Positions 48,620 to 56,953 of a stretch of DNA of 56,953 bases are shown piece after piece. The position numbers were made by a program, and so were the translations under genes. The notes under the pieces are model-generated. The model worked only from the letters and a program-made list of their open reading frames with translations, did no database searches and was not told the origin of the DNA. The DNA is from a virus. Lineage: Duplodnaviria > Caudoviricetes. The DNA lies in IMG/VR virus record IMGVR_UViG_3300031746_000022, positions 1-56,953 of that record; one strand, 5' to 3'. How positions within the stretch are numbered: the stretch's first letter is position 1; each line of letters begins with the position of its first letter.

Positions 48620-50374
48620 TTATGGTGCGGGCGGAGATGCGGGACCGCCAGCTTCAGGGGGAGGAGGTAATCCTGGGGGCGCTTCAAGTCCAGGCATTCC
48701 ACCACCACCACCACCATCACCACCGCCGCCAGAGGGCTCATCGTAAGGACTCATGCCTGGAAGAGGAGCGTCTAAGGTTTCCGGAATTTCATCCTCTTCA
48801 TTAAGAGTGCGCAATTCATTTAAATTCATTTGTTTTAGAGATGCTTGTTCTTTTTCACGAATAGCATCCGCTATGTCTTCTTTACGAATTTTACGGCGCT
48901 CTTCCTCCCATTCTAAGCCTAATGAGCGATATAAAGTATGAACCGAGACTCTCTTTTGTTCGCCGGTTAAATCTTTTAGACTCTGAACATATGATTCAAG
49001 ATCAAATAAACTCATATGATTCCAATCAATTTCTGGAATAATTAAAGTTTTTTCACCATCCACATAATCATAAAATTCATTTAGTTTAGCAATGGGTTGA
49101 AAAATCTTTTTTCGCAACCAGGCTGACATCATATTTCTAAATTGCATATAGCGTTGACGCAAAACATCCAATGATATTCCACCGTTAGCATAGCTAATAT
49201 CACCGCCACCCTCAATAACAATTTGAGGAATCATAAGACCGGCATACATTTCTTTTAACAACTGCGCAAAGTCATTAGTTGTATCGTATATGCCGGCTCC
49301 GGCGCCTACTGTTTCAACAGTTACAGCATCGTGAGTAAAAATTTTGAAATTTTTATCTGAAGTTGCGGCTGACCACACTTCACGCCAAGCGTCTAAATCT
49401 ACCGGACTAGCGCGATAATCAGATGTGCCGCCGCCTATTTTAACAATTCTCATAGGATTGATCATATCTTGCGCTTGTGCAAATTTACACTCTTTGATCA
49501 TATCAAATAACATTAAAGAGCGAAAAATACTTACCGGCAATCCGGTTCCTCTCACTTCATAAGGACTAATACGACGAGCCAAATGAGAGACATATAAATT
49601 ATCTAATGGAATATTTTGTCCGCGGCGCACATAATTAATAATAGTATCATTTAATTGTTTGCGTTGTTCAATATCGGCAGGCAAATTGGACATACAAATA
49701 CGACGCAAACTCTCATCTGGTCGTAACATTATAACCGGTTCGCTTGCTATAACCGAACGTTTAATTACGATATAATCTGGATTTTGAATATGCAGCCGAG
49801 ACCATTTGGCATTTCTCTCATCTAATTCGCCATAGATAACCGCTTCGCCTAATAGCCAATATTCTTGAGCTGCCTGCGAACAAATATTCATTAAGTCAAT
49901 TTCTTCAATCATATTACTAAAGAATTTTTCTACTTTTTTATTTGGACATTTAATATTAAGCTTACTTATAGGATAAGTGCTGTGCAAATTAATTGCATTT
50001 TGCACAATGGGATTTAAAGCATAAAAGCTGCGACACCAAGCATTCATTGTAGCTCGATCGCGAGGTAAATTTAAATTACTTGTTAGCCATAACGGTGAAT
50101 AAACTTCTGGATTTTGATAAGTAGAGTTATTAACACTTCCTTTAAAGGAATTTGCCGCAGAATCTCCTGCAGATTGTGCGTATTTTTGGAATTCACTTAC
50201 GCCACTAACAGCGTAAGATGCTGGTCCTAATGCAGTACCTCGAGAATTGCTCGCCGTACCATCGCGAAAAGTTCCCTGCTGCACCTCACCTTCTAGTTGT
50301 TCTCTGCGATATTGAGAAACAGCTTTATACATTTGGGGAGTTACAGGTGGTGCTAATTTATTATTGTCTGCCAT
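48620..50374 (-). CDS. Portal protein
   Basis: Follows terminase; R.FY..NP.V.NAI..H..YP, H..R..SPY..RG; Gly/Pro-rich tail. Confidence 0.82.
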   Translation of the reverse strand: MADNNKLAPPVTPQMYKAVSQYRREQLEGEVQQGTFRDGTASNSRGTALGPASYAVSGVSEFQKYAQSAGDSAANSFKGSVNNSTYQNPEVYSPLWLTSNLNLPRDRATMNAWCRSFYALNPIVQNAINLHSTYPISKLNIKCPNKKVEKFFSNMIEEIDLMNICSQAAQEYWLLGEAVIYGELDERNAKWSRLHIQNPDYIVIKRSVIASEPVIMLRPDESLRRICMSNLPADIEQRKQLNDTIINYVRRGQNIPLDNLYVSHLARRISPYEVRGTGLPVSIFRSLMLFDMIKECKFAQAQDMINPMRIVKIGGGTSDYRASPVDLDAWREVWSAATSDKNFKIFTHDAVTVETVGAGAGIYDTTNDFAQLLKEMYAGLMIPQIVIEGGGDISYANGGISLDVLRQRYMQFRNMMSAWLRKKIFQPIAKLNEFYDYVDGEKTLIIPEIDWNHMSLFDLESYVQSLKDLTGEQKRVSVHTLYRSLGLEWEEERRKIRKEDIADAIREKEQASLKQMNLNELRTLNEEDEIPETLDAPLPGMSPYDEPSGGGGDGGGGGGMPGLEAPPGLPPPPEAGGPASPPAP

Positions 50375-50411
50375 TTAAAACCTATGTCATTTAATATATA
50401 TCATACAAATA

Positions 50412-53318
50412 TTATCTAGAAGAATAAACAGCCATCACTGATGCTTGTTTTTTCTTTCCAATATCATTTTGTAATAAAGAATTTCTTACTTGAAAACCTT
50501 GAGATAAAAAGAACTTATATGCTATATAAGCATTTAATAAAGCCATAAATCCATCATTTACGCCTGCTTTAATATAGTGAGGAGTCACTTCTCCGGTTCG
50601 CGAAAGGCTTGGTTTAATTTCCATATTAGCACAATGCTGAATGAGCCAAGCTATTTGTTCATAACTGCCCAGCGGAAATCTAATTAAACCTTGCTTCATC
50701 TGCTCATATAATTCCATAATCCAAAAATCTCTTTCAAATGTAATAACTTTAGGAAAGATATCTGCATTATATTTAACTTTTTCTGTAACTCTACCTGCTG
50801 CCTGAGAGGCAAGAAATTTATCACCATATTCTGTTTGCATAATTTCATTAAAATCGTGCGCATATCCAATATCGCAAACTGCTAATTTGCATTTATATCT
50901 TTTCATTTCTTCATCTAAAACGCTTTTTTTACTCGCTAAATCATTTCTTTTAAATTTAAAAGCGTGTTCAATAGATAATTTTCCGGGACCCGTAAGGGAT
51001 AAAACTACCGCAGTGCTATAACTTTGTCCCTGTCCTCTAATTTTATCAGAATTAACCAACTGTTCCAGATCGGCTTTAGCGCCGATATCTATTCCAAGAA
51101 ATGTGATAACTTCTTCGCCTGGAGCGACAGCCCCTCTAAATTTTCTTTCTGGATCGCCACATTTGATGCGAATTTCTTCTGGAGTAATAATTCCAGCTTC
51201 ACCTTGAAAAAATTCTCCCAAAATTTCATTTTGATACGATCGCTCGGTGTTAATTGCCGAATTACCTGGCTTCTTATCCATAATCTGTTCTTTGGTAAAT
51301 TCTGGCAAATATAATTGATTTAAATGAAATCCAACGAATTTTGCCTCTGCTGGATCTTTTAATGGAATCCATTTGCCGCGATCAATGGCTTGTAACCGAT
51401 CTTGTTCATAATTACAATGAGTGCATTTAACTATATTTCCATAAATCCAAATAGATTCCCAATCATTAGATCCAGGCGTATAAAGGGGGAAAGTTTTTTT
51501 ACATTGCTCGCAGCCTAAATGATAAAATTGTTGCGAAGACTGTTGCCATAAATGCCAAAATTCAGAGCCCCGTTGCAATGGTGTGCCAAAAAATACCTGC
51601 ACGCCTTCGCCAAGCATTCCATATTGTGCTTTAGTTAAAACTTTTGTTGAATTAGATAATGCCGCTGGCGGCATTTCTTGACAATTATGAACTATTGGTC
51701 CGCCACTATTCTTACTTCTTCTCGAAGGAGCAATAACAAAATTATGATTATCTGCAATTTCAATATCATAAACATTTTCCAATGTATTACATAGTTCAAT
51801 ACTATCTACTACTGTAAAATTATATGATTTATAATCATTATTCCATATATAGTCACTATTAATATAGTTACTTACTTTATATGATAAATTTTTATGAATA
51901 TATGGTCGTATAATATTGCATAATTCGCTAAATCCTTTTTTATTAAAAAATAGTGAAAAATATTTTTTATTATTTGAAGCCTTATATAATTTATAATGAC
52001 ACTCAATACCTAATGATCTAAATTTTTCAACAAATCTTATGTGACTATCTTCATCAAAGGAGTTTGTAGATATGCATCCGCTAGACCCAGTATTCCAAGT
52101 ATTTCTATTACCATCATCCATAAACCATATTGCTATCCCGCGAGCGTCTAAATTATCTAAAATCCATTGAGGACAAGTAGTTTTAGTAAGAGGTAATTCT
52201 TCTTGTAATCCAAATGTTTTGGTGCAAAATTTAATTGCTTCTTTATTAGAATAACCATTTTTTTGTATTTTTATAGTTTTACAATTAAATTGTTCAGCTT
52301 TCCATTGACAATATTCTGTTTGTTTTATATCATGTATAATATTTAATCTATATCTATTATTTTTATAGGTGGATAAATGACCATCTCCAAGAAATGATCC
52401 TAAAATAATTTGCATTTGATCATCATTAACCGCTCGAATACAAAGATTAGTTCCATTTGATGTTTTTAATAAAGTTCCGACAGTTAAATTATTAGCTTCT
52501 TTCCAACCATTTTCAGTTAGAAACCTATGATTTGGAGTACATTTAATTATTTTATTACCACATATTATTTTTAATAATTGCCTTTCTCCCTTGTTCCAAG
52601 CATTTGTTATTTTTTTATATTCAAAAAGTTCAGTATTTTCATTAAATGATTTAATAAGGGGGGTTGTTTTTCCTAAAAGGAAATTATCATATAATTTTCC
52701 TATTTTTTCTTTTCCATCAGTAGTTTCAACATACTGATCATATGGAAAACATTCATCAAAGAACATAACATCAGCCGTTTTTCCACGTAATCTGGAACCC
52801 TCTAAACCAACCGACTCAATCCATAAATGATTACCACCAATAAATTGTTTAAATCCCATATTATCATTTGCTTGTGATGAAGTATCAATCAATGACTTCA
52901 TATATGGTTTTTGTCCTTTTTTACCATTAGTAAGATTAACTAAAATGGAGGACTCAATCATAGAGGCTAATTTTGTTTTTGAATATGCTGCTGCACGATC
53001 CAAAGTGGGCCAATTATGAATAATTCTCATAGGAGGATTATTAGCCGTGCCAAATAATCCAGAACCCATAAAATACATCTCTAATGCAGATGCAGTCGTT
53101 GTTCCGGCAACCTGGCGCGCCTTAACCCATACTACTGGCTTACCATCTCTATCTAACGCTTTAACACCTATGTATCTAAAAATATCAACTAACGGCTTAT
53201 AGCCGCTGGCGGTTAATCTAAATGGCTTACCATCAAGAGTTAAATATTTTTCTGACCACGCAACTGGATCCATAGCTAATAATGAATCTCGTATCTTATT
53301 GAATATTTGGTCTGACAT
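50412..53318 (-). CDS. terL: Terminase large subunit (gpA-like) containing an intein
   Basis: Walker A-like KARQVAGTT, LRG...D.MFFDE Walker B, FGTP, CxxC...CxxC, GFHLNQL, GIDIG nuclease; ATG at 53318. Confidence 0.9.
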   Translation of the reverse strand: MSDQIFNKIRDSLLAMDPVAWSEKYLTLDGKPFRLTASGYKPLVDIFRYIGVKALDRDGKPVVWVKARQVAGTTTASALEMYFMGSGLFGTANNPPMRIIHNWPTLDRAAAYSKTKLASMIESSILVNLTNGKKGQKPYMKSLIDTSSQANDNMGFKQFIGGNHLWIESVGLEGSRLRGKTADVMFFDECFPYDQYVETTDGKEKIGKLYDNFLLGKTTPLIKSFNENTELFEYKKITNAWNKGERQLLKIICGNKIIKCTPNHRFLTENGWKEANNLTVGTLLKTSNGTNLCIRAVNDDQMQIILGSFLGDGHLSTYKNNRYRLNIIHDIKQTEYCQWKAEQFNCKTIKIQKNGYSNKEAIKFCTKTFGLQEELPLTKTTCPQWILDNLDARGIAIWFMDDGNRNTWNTGSSGCISTNSFDEDSHIRFVEKFRSLGIECHYKLYKASNNKKYFSLFFNKKGFSELCNIIRPYIHKNLSYKVSNYINSDYIWNNDYKSYNFTVVDSIELCNTLENVYDIEIADNHNFVIAPSRRSKNSGGPIVHNCQEMPPAALSNSTKVLTKAQYGMLGEGVQVFFGTPLQRGSEFWHLWQQSSQQFYHLGCEQCKKTFPLYTPGSNDWESIWIYGNIVKCTHCNYEQDRLQAIDRGKWIPLKDPAEAKFVGFHLNQLYLPEFTKEQIMDKKPGNSAINTERSYQNEILGEFFQGEAGIITPEEIRIKCGDPERKFRGAVAPGEEVITFLGIDIGAKADLEQLVNSDKIRGQGQSYSTAVVLSLTGPGKLSIEHAFKFKRNDLASKKSVLDEEMKRYKCKLAVCDIGYAHDFNEIMQTEYGDKFLASQAAGRVTEKVKYNADIFPKVITFERDFWIMELYEQMKQGLIRFPLGSYEQIAWLIQHCANMEIKPSLSRTGEVTPHYIKAGVNDGFMALLNAYIAYKFFLSQGFQVRNSLLQNDIGKKKQASVMAVYSSR
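51684..52751 (-). mobile_element. Intein (356 aa) with LAGLIDADG endonuclease
   Basis: FFDE|CFPYD...CTPNH.FLT...VYDIEI..NHNF...IVHN|CQE; motifs ILGSFLGDG and IAIWFMDDG. Confidence 0.93.
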
Positions 53319-53322
53319 ATAA

Positions 53323-53394
53323 TGGCTTATTAAAAATAATTTTCTCACAAATTTAGGTTTGCAAGTTTTATGTTATAACTGTAATTGTAGTAAA
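53323..53394 (+). pseudogene. C-terminal remnant of an HNH endonuclease
   Basis: Plus frame reads WLIKNNFLTNLGLQVLCYNCNCSK, the WL.KN.F...QVLC.NCN..K HNH terminus. Confidence 0.6.
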
Positions 53395-53395
53395 A

Positions 53396-53992
53396 TTACT
53401 GCTGCTTAAAAGGCTCACAAATAGATAACGGGTCATCTGTTGTTGCTGGCGCCGACTGATCGACTTTGCCAAGATGTAAATCTACTTTATTATGATCGGC
53501 TTGCTGCATTGTAGCTTCACCAATTCTTTTACTTATATAAGCCTTTACACCGTCATCTACATCGCTTCTATCTGGTAATTTATTGCGCACATCATCTAAT
53601 TTCATTAATTCATGACATACGGATTCAACCGAAGTTCCGGGACGATCTGCAACATAATTATCAATAAAAACTTTCATTTCTGGAATAGTTTTAAAACTCT
53701 CTGGCTCACTATCTAGTGAAGCTTTTACTCGCAATAATGCATTTAATCCGGTGCGCTCTTTTAGATCTTTAACAGCTTCATCTACATTTGAAAATTTAGA
53801 TTTGGTATTACCTATGATAGCCGAAATATCATCATAAATGGATCGTTGTGCCTGCGATTGAGATTGGACGGATGTTTTTTCTAAATTACCAATAAAATCA
53901 TCAATCCAAGAAGGATTATTGGCAGATTTTTCTGCAGAAGAATCATCTCTACTTACACTGGGTAATGCTCTTCGTGAATATTTATTAGACAT
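53396..53992 (-). CDS. Head-cluster protein upstream of terL
   Basis: 198 aa; GGAG RBS; not identifiable as terS from sequence. Confidence 0.7.
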   Translation of the reverse strand: MSNKYSRRALPSVSRDDSSAEKSANNPSWIDDFIGNLEKTSVQSQSQAQRSIYDDISAIIGNTKSKFSNVDEAVKDLKERTGLNALLRVKASLDSEPESFKTIPEMKVFIDNYVADRPGTSVESVCHELMKLDDVRNKLPDRSDVDDGVKAYISKRIGEATMQQADHNKVDLHLGKVDQSAPATTDDPLSICEPFKQQ

Positions 53993-54003
53993 TAAGCTCC
54001 TAA

Positions 54004-54870
54004 TTAGGCGTTATAATTGGGTGGATAATCAAAATTATTTTCAGAAGAACGTTGGTATGGCTCTTTATCATCAACCATAAACCCTCTATCTGAACGGGGC
54101 ATTGGGTAACCCATATCTTGTATTAATTGAATAACTTCTACTTTTTCTCTATCTGTTAATTTCCACTTATCTGCTTGACGTCGAAATAAATCCTCTATAT
54201 CTTTACCACCAGATATTGTGCCATTGATGCATACTCTTGCAATACGTGAAATAAAAATAGGCACAGTTACAATAATTCCACCAATACTAGCAATTTTTTG
54301 AGCTTCTTTGGTAATTCCAGAATTTAGAGCGGCTTTCTTTTTACGTCTCACTAATTCTTTATCTAAACGCCCCATACCATCTTCCATTGAAATGCGGGCA
54401 TCTTCGGCGTGTGATATATCTATTTTACCTTCGTGATCGTCTTGTAGCATTTTAGATAAAAGACCTAATCCCTTACCCAAATATGATTTAGCTCTTTCAA
54501 TGCCAAGCGTTTCGCCTTTATGTTTGGGTATTTTATTTAAATAATCTTTTACCCAATGCAAATCTTTGGGTTGATCGGCGGCTTTAGACTTATCCTCTTC
54601 TTTTTTATCTTCCTTATCACCTTTTGTTTCTACCACCAAATCATCGCCCAGAACTTCGACCAAATCATCGGCTCCTGGCAAAAAAGGTAAAGTAAAAGAT
54701 AATTCGGCTTTGATGCCTGCTTCGCCTTCTGGCGCGTGCATTTCTACAACTTGTTCGGCGCTTGGCATATTATCATAGAGAACGACCTCATTATCATCTT
54801 CCGCCTCTACTGGAAGAGCAACTATCATATCCTTGGCTAAATTAAGTTGAGCACCCTTATACATTGACAT
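54004..54870 (-). CDS. Putative internal head protein
   Basis: YKGAQ and TKEAQ sites; acidic N-half. Confidence 0.7.
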   Translation of the reverse strand: MSMYKGAQLNLAKDMIVALPVEAEDDNEVVLYDNMPSAEQVVEMHAPEGEAGIKAELSFTLPFLPGADDLVEVLGDDLVVETKGDKEDKKEEDKSKAADQPKDLHWVKDYLNKIPKHKGETLGIERAKSYLGKGLGLLSKMLQDDHEGKIDISHAEDARISMEDGMGRLDKELVRRKKKAALNSGITKEAQKIASIGGIIVTVPIFISRIARVCINGTISGGKDIEDLFRRQADKWKLTDREKVEVIQLIQDMGYPMPRSDRGFMVDDKEPYQRSSENNFDYPPNYNA

Positions 54871-54897
54871 TTAAATCCTATTGATAAAATTCAAAAA

Positions 54898-54911
54898 TAT
54901 GCAAAAATATC
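54898..54911 (-). promoter_or_regulatory. Candidate late promoter motif A
   Basis: GATATTTTTGCATA upstream of 54870. Confidence 0.5.
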
Positions 54912-54980
54912 ACTTTTGTAATATTAAAATTTGATTTATATCTATCTTTTCCCCAGATATTAGTATTTAGCATACCTATT

Positions 54981-55466
54981 TTATATCGACAAAGTGCCAA
55001 CTATTTGATTTAAAATAACTTTTCTTTTCAATAGTCTTTCTTTTCTTGTTGCCCAATTAGTCATCCCATAGTAAAGGTTACGATATTCTTGACCATCAGT
55101 ATAGTAAGTAATAGGATAAGAATTTGTTCCACCCATACCAAGCCCTTCTCCCACTTGTGAGTAATATGGAGATCCGTTGAAACTTATCTGTTGTGCAATT
55201 CCGGCATCCGACTGTCCGTAGTTGCAATCCACTACTTTAGAACGTTTCTTGAACAAATGAGCTGCATATTTGCATTTTTTAGGCTCTACATTCTTGTCTA
55301 AAATATCCATATTGTGTGCAACAATATCATTGTTATTATCAGCGTCTGGATCAATTTCTTGCATTTCATCCATTGCATCACCAGCTGTATGGCAAGCTGA
55401 CGCAATGCTTAAACCAAATGGACACTTTGCATCTTCATTGTTTCTAATGACCGATAATTTAAACAT
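54981..55466 (-). CDS. Cys-containing hypothetical protein
   Basis: CPFGL...AC...CKY...DCNYG; Tyr-rich C-half. Confidence 0.7.
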   Translation of the reverse strand: MFKLSVIRNNEDAKCPFGLSIASACHTAGDAMDEMQEIDPDADNNNDIVAHNMDILDKNVEPKKCKYAAHLFKKRSKVVDCNYGQSDAGIAQQISFNGSPYYSQVGEGLGMGGTNSYPITYYTDGQEYRNLYYGMTNWATRKERLLKRKVILNQIVGTLSI

Positions 55467-55471
55467 TTGCT

Positions 55472-55888
55472 TTATTTAGCCTTATATTTATCTGGACGAG
55501 AATTAAGTATATTATCTATGTCTTTTTTTCGCTTCTTTCTTCTTTTTGCTCGAAAATCAGATACGCTTTTATATTTATCTAAATTTTGATAAAGACCCTC
55601 GCCATAATCATAGTTCTTGCGGATTTGAGCTTTTTTATCAATATCTATTTTACGAAAATCTCCATTTTCATCTTTGAAGTAACCTAACTCACTCATTGCA
55701 TCAACCACTGCTTCGTAAGCAACCACGCTATAATAATAACTATCTCCGATATTCATCCTATCATCGCGCTGATTGGATAAATAATCTCCAACACAAGATT
55801 GCACCTTATCTTCTGATAAAAAATCAGGACCTATAATAGACTTCAGTAATGTAATTAGATGATTACGCGGTTTCTTTTTGTCTGTCAT
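55472..55888 (-). CDS. Hypothetical protein
   Basis: 138 aa; DKKAQ site followed by a basic tail. Confidence 0.65.
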   Translation of the reverse strand: MTDKKKPRNHLITLLKSIIGPDFLSEDKVQSCVGDYLSNQRDDRMNIGDSYYYSVVAYEAVVDAMSELGYFKDENGDFRKIDIDKKAQIRKNYDYGEGLYQNLDKYKSVSDFRAKRRKKRKKDIDNILNSRPDKYKAK

Positions 55889-56676
55889 AAAATCCTCTTT
55901 GACATAATTTTAGAATAATATGGCACTAATGCTTCGGTAATAGGTATAAATTTCCACATATTCATTTTATTTATTAAATAAACAGCCCTATCTGCATCAA
56001 GGGAAAGAGCTTTATTAATATTTTTAGATAGATAAGACTTTTCTGATTGCATAATATATTCTGGATTATGTTTAATCCATTCAATAATTTTAGGATCAAC
56101 ATCAAAACCTAATTTAGCTGCTAAATATACTACTCTAATAATGCGGTTAGTATTATATTTAAATGTTAAATTTGGAGTTAAACAAGTTCTTATAATTTTA
56201 TTTTCTAAATCTTTAATACCCTGACCAGTTATATCTTTAACCCTTTTAAAATCTAATGACATTAATAACGTATTACAAAAGAAATCCCTACTATATAATT
56301 CTTGCTTCATTTCAGTTGGGTTTTCAATTCCCATTATTTGCAATATTTGAACTATATTAGGTGTTCTAAAATTACTGGAAAAATCTATTTTAAAATCTTT
56401 TAAATAAATAGATATATGTCCAGGATCTTCCGGAGCATGATCACGCGGGCGCGTATTCTTAACCAAGATTGGCATTTGCTTGCGCAATTCCATCGCATAT
56501 GATGCCGCTAAATTAAAAACAGTCTTATCACCAGTAGTAATATCAATATCATTAAATGATTTTTGTAAATTCCCTAAAACTCGATCGCGGACGAGCCCTC
56601 CCACAATCAGGGGTTGTGAGGTGCCGCTTTCGGTGGCAACATCATCCAGTAAGGTAAGGAGTAATTTAAGTGACAT
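55885..56676 (-). CDS. Class II tRNA nucleotidyltransferase / poly(A) polymerase family protein
   Basis: VGG.VRD, DIDITT (DxD), SRDF..N, G..DL....IRT, F.....RIIR. Confidence 0.88.
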   Translation of the reverse strand: MSLKLLLTLLDDVATESGTSQPLIVGGLVRDRVLGNLQKSFNDIDITTGDKTVFNLAASYAMELRKQMPILVKNTRPRDHAPEDPGHISIYLKDFKIDFSSNFRTPNIVQILQIMGIENPTEMKQELYSRDFFCNTLLMSLDFKRVKDITGQGIKDLENKIIRTCLTPNLTFKYNTNRIIRVVYLAAKLGFDVDPKIIEWIKHNPEYIMQSEKSYLSKNINKALSLDADRAVYLINKMNMWKFIPITEALVPYYSKIMSKRIL

Positions 56677-56679
56677 TGG

Positions 56680-56953
56680 TTATGGTATTAATTGTGTTGG
56701 AACTTGAGATACTTCTTCGGCAGGCTCTGTCGGAGGGGTTAGCATTGCGGATTGTGCCGTAGGAGTCGGTTGCGATGGAAGAGTTGGCTCCTTTGTTTGA
56801 TCTTGTAATTCCTCACTTAAGGCATTGTCCTGTATTTGCTTACGCATTTCTTTGCGATTTTCATCTTTATCTTTATCGAGCTGCAATTTATGCTGTAATT
56901 GCTGTACATCCGATCTTGTTTCAGGCTGTTCTGTAAGATCTATTTCAGCCGAT
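56680..56953 (-). CDS. 3' end of a protein starting outside the window
   Basis: Frame open to window edge (...SAEIDLTEQPETRSDVQQLQHKLQLDKD...). Confidence 0.7.
   Translation of the reverse strand, partial: SAEIDLTEQPETRSDVQQLQHKLQLDKDKDENRKEMRKQIQDNALSEELQDQTKEPTLPSQPTPTAQSAMLTPPTEPAEEVSQVPTQLIP

Noticed and set aside
54908-54973. 21-codon minus-strand ORF MLNTNIWGKDRY...
   Set aside because: Too short, overlaps promoter-like motifs, no recognisable motif.
1-56953. Stop-codon reassignment, tRNA or rRNA genes
   Set aside because: Genes are full-length and densely packed in the standard code; no cloverleaf or rRNA-like segment seen by eye.

Overview
AT-rich fragment of a large (jumbo-type) tailed dsDNA phage genome, almost all virion morphogenesis genes, mostly on the minus strand and in the standard genetic code. 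From right to left: class II tRNA nucleotidyltransferase-like gene, gpA-type terminase large subunit with a LAGLIDADG intein, portal, internal head proteins (lytic transglycosylase, dual-specificity phosphatase), a 1126-aa prohead protease-scaffold, two decoration-like proteins, five membrane/ejection-like genes, an ART-like/DnaJ fusion, the HK97-type major capsid protein, a plus-strand island (RNase HII, DNA methyltransferase), then Thr/Gly/Ala-rich tail or fibre genes including four tandem paralogs and a 20-aa-repeat solenoid. The strongest unexplained signal is a shared peptide grammar in head-region proteins: recurrent K-x-A(-Q) sites, an amphipathic L-h-K/R-x-A/S-x-x-F leader and a helical-hairpin module. 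I infer a capsid-targeting and maturation-cleavage system whose cargo may include enzymes. External structural proteins instead carry a recurrent DGY tripeptide. Several homing-endonuclease remnants sit between genes. All calls come from motif reading by eye; no searches were run. No tRNA, rRNA or CRISPR array was seen.
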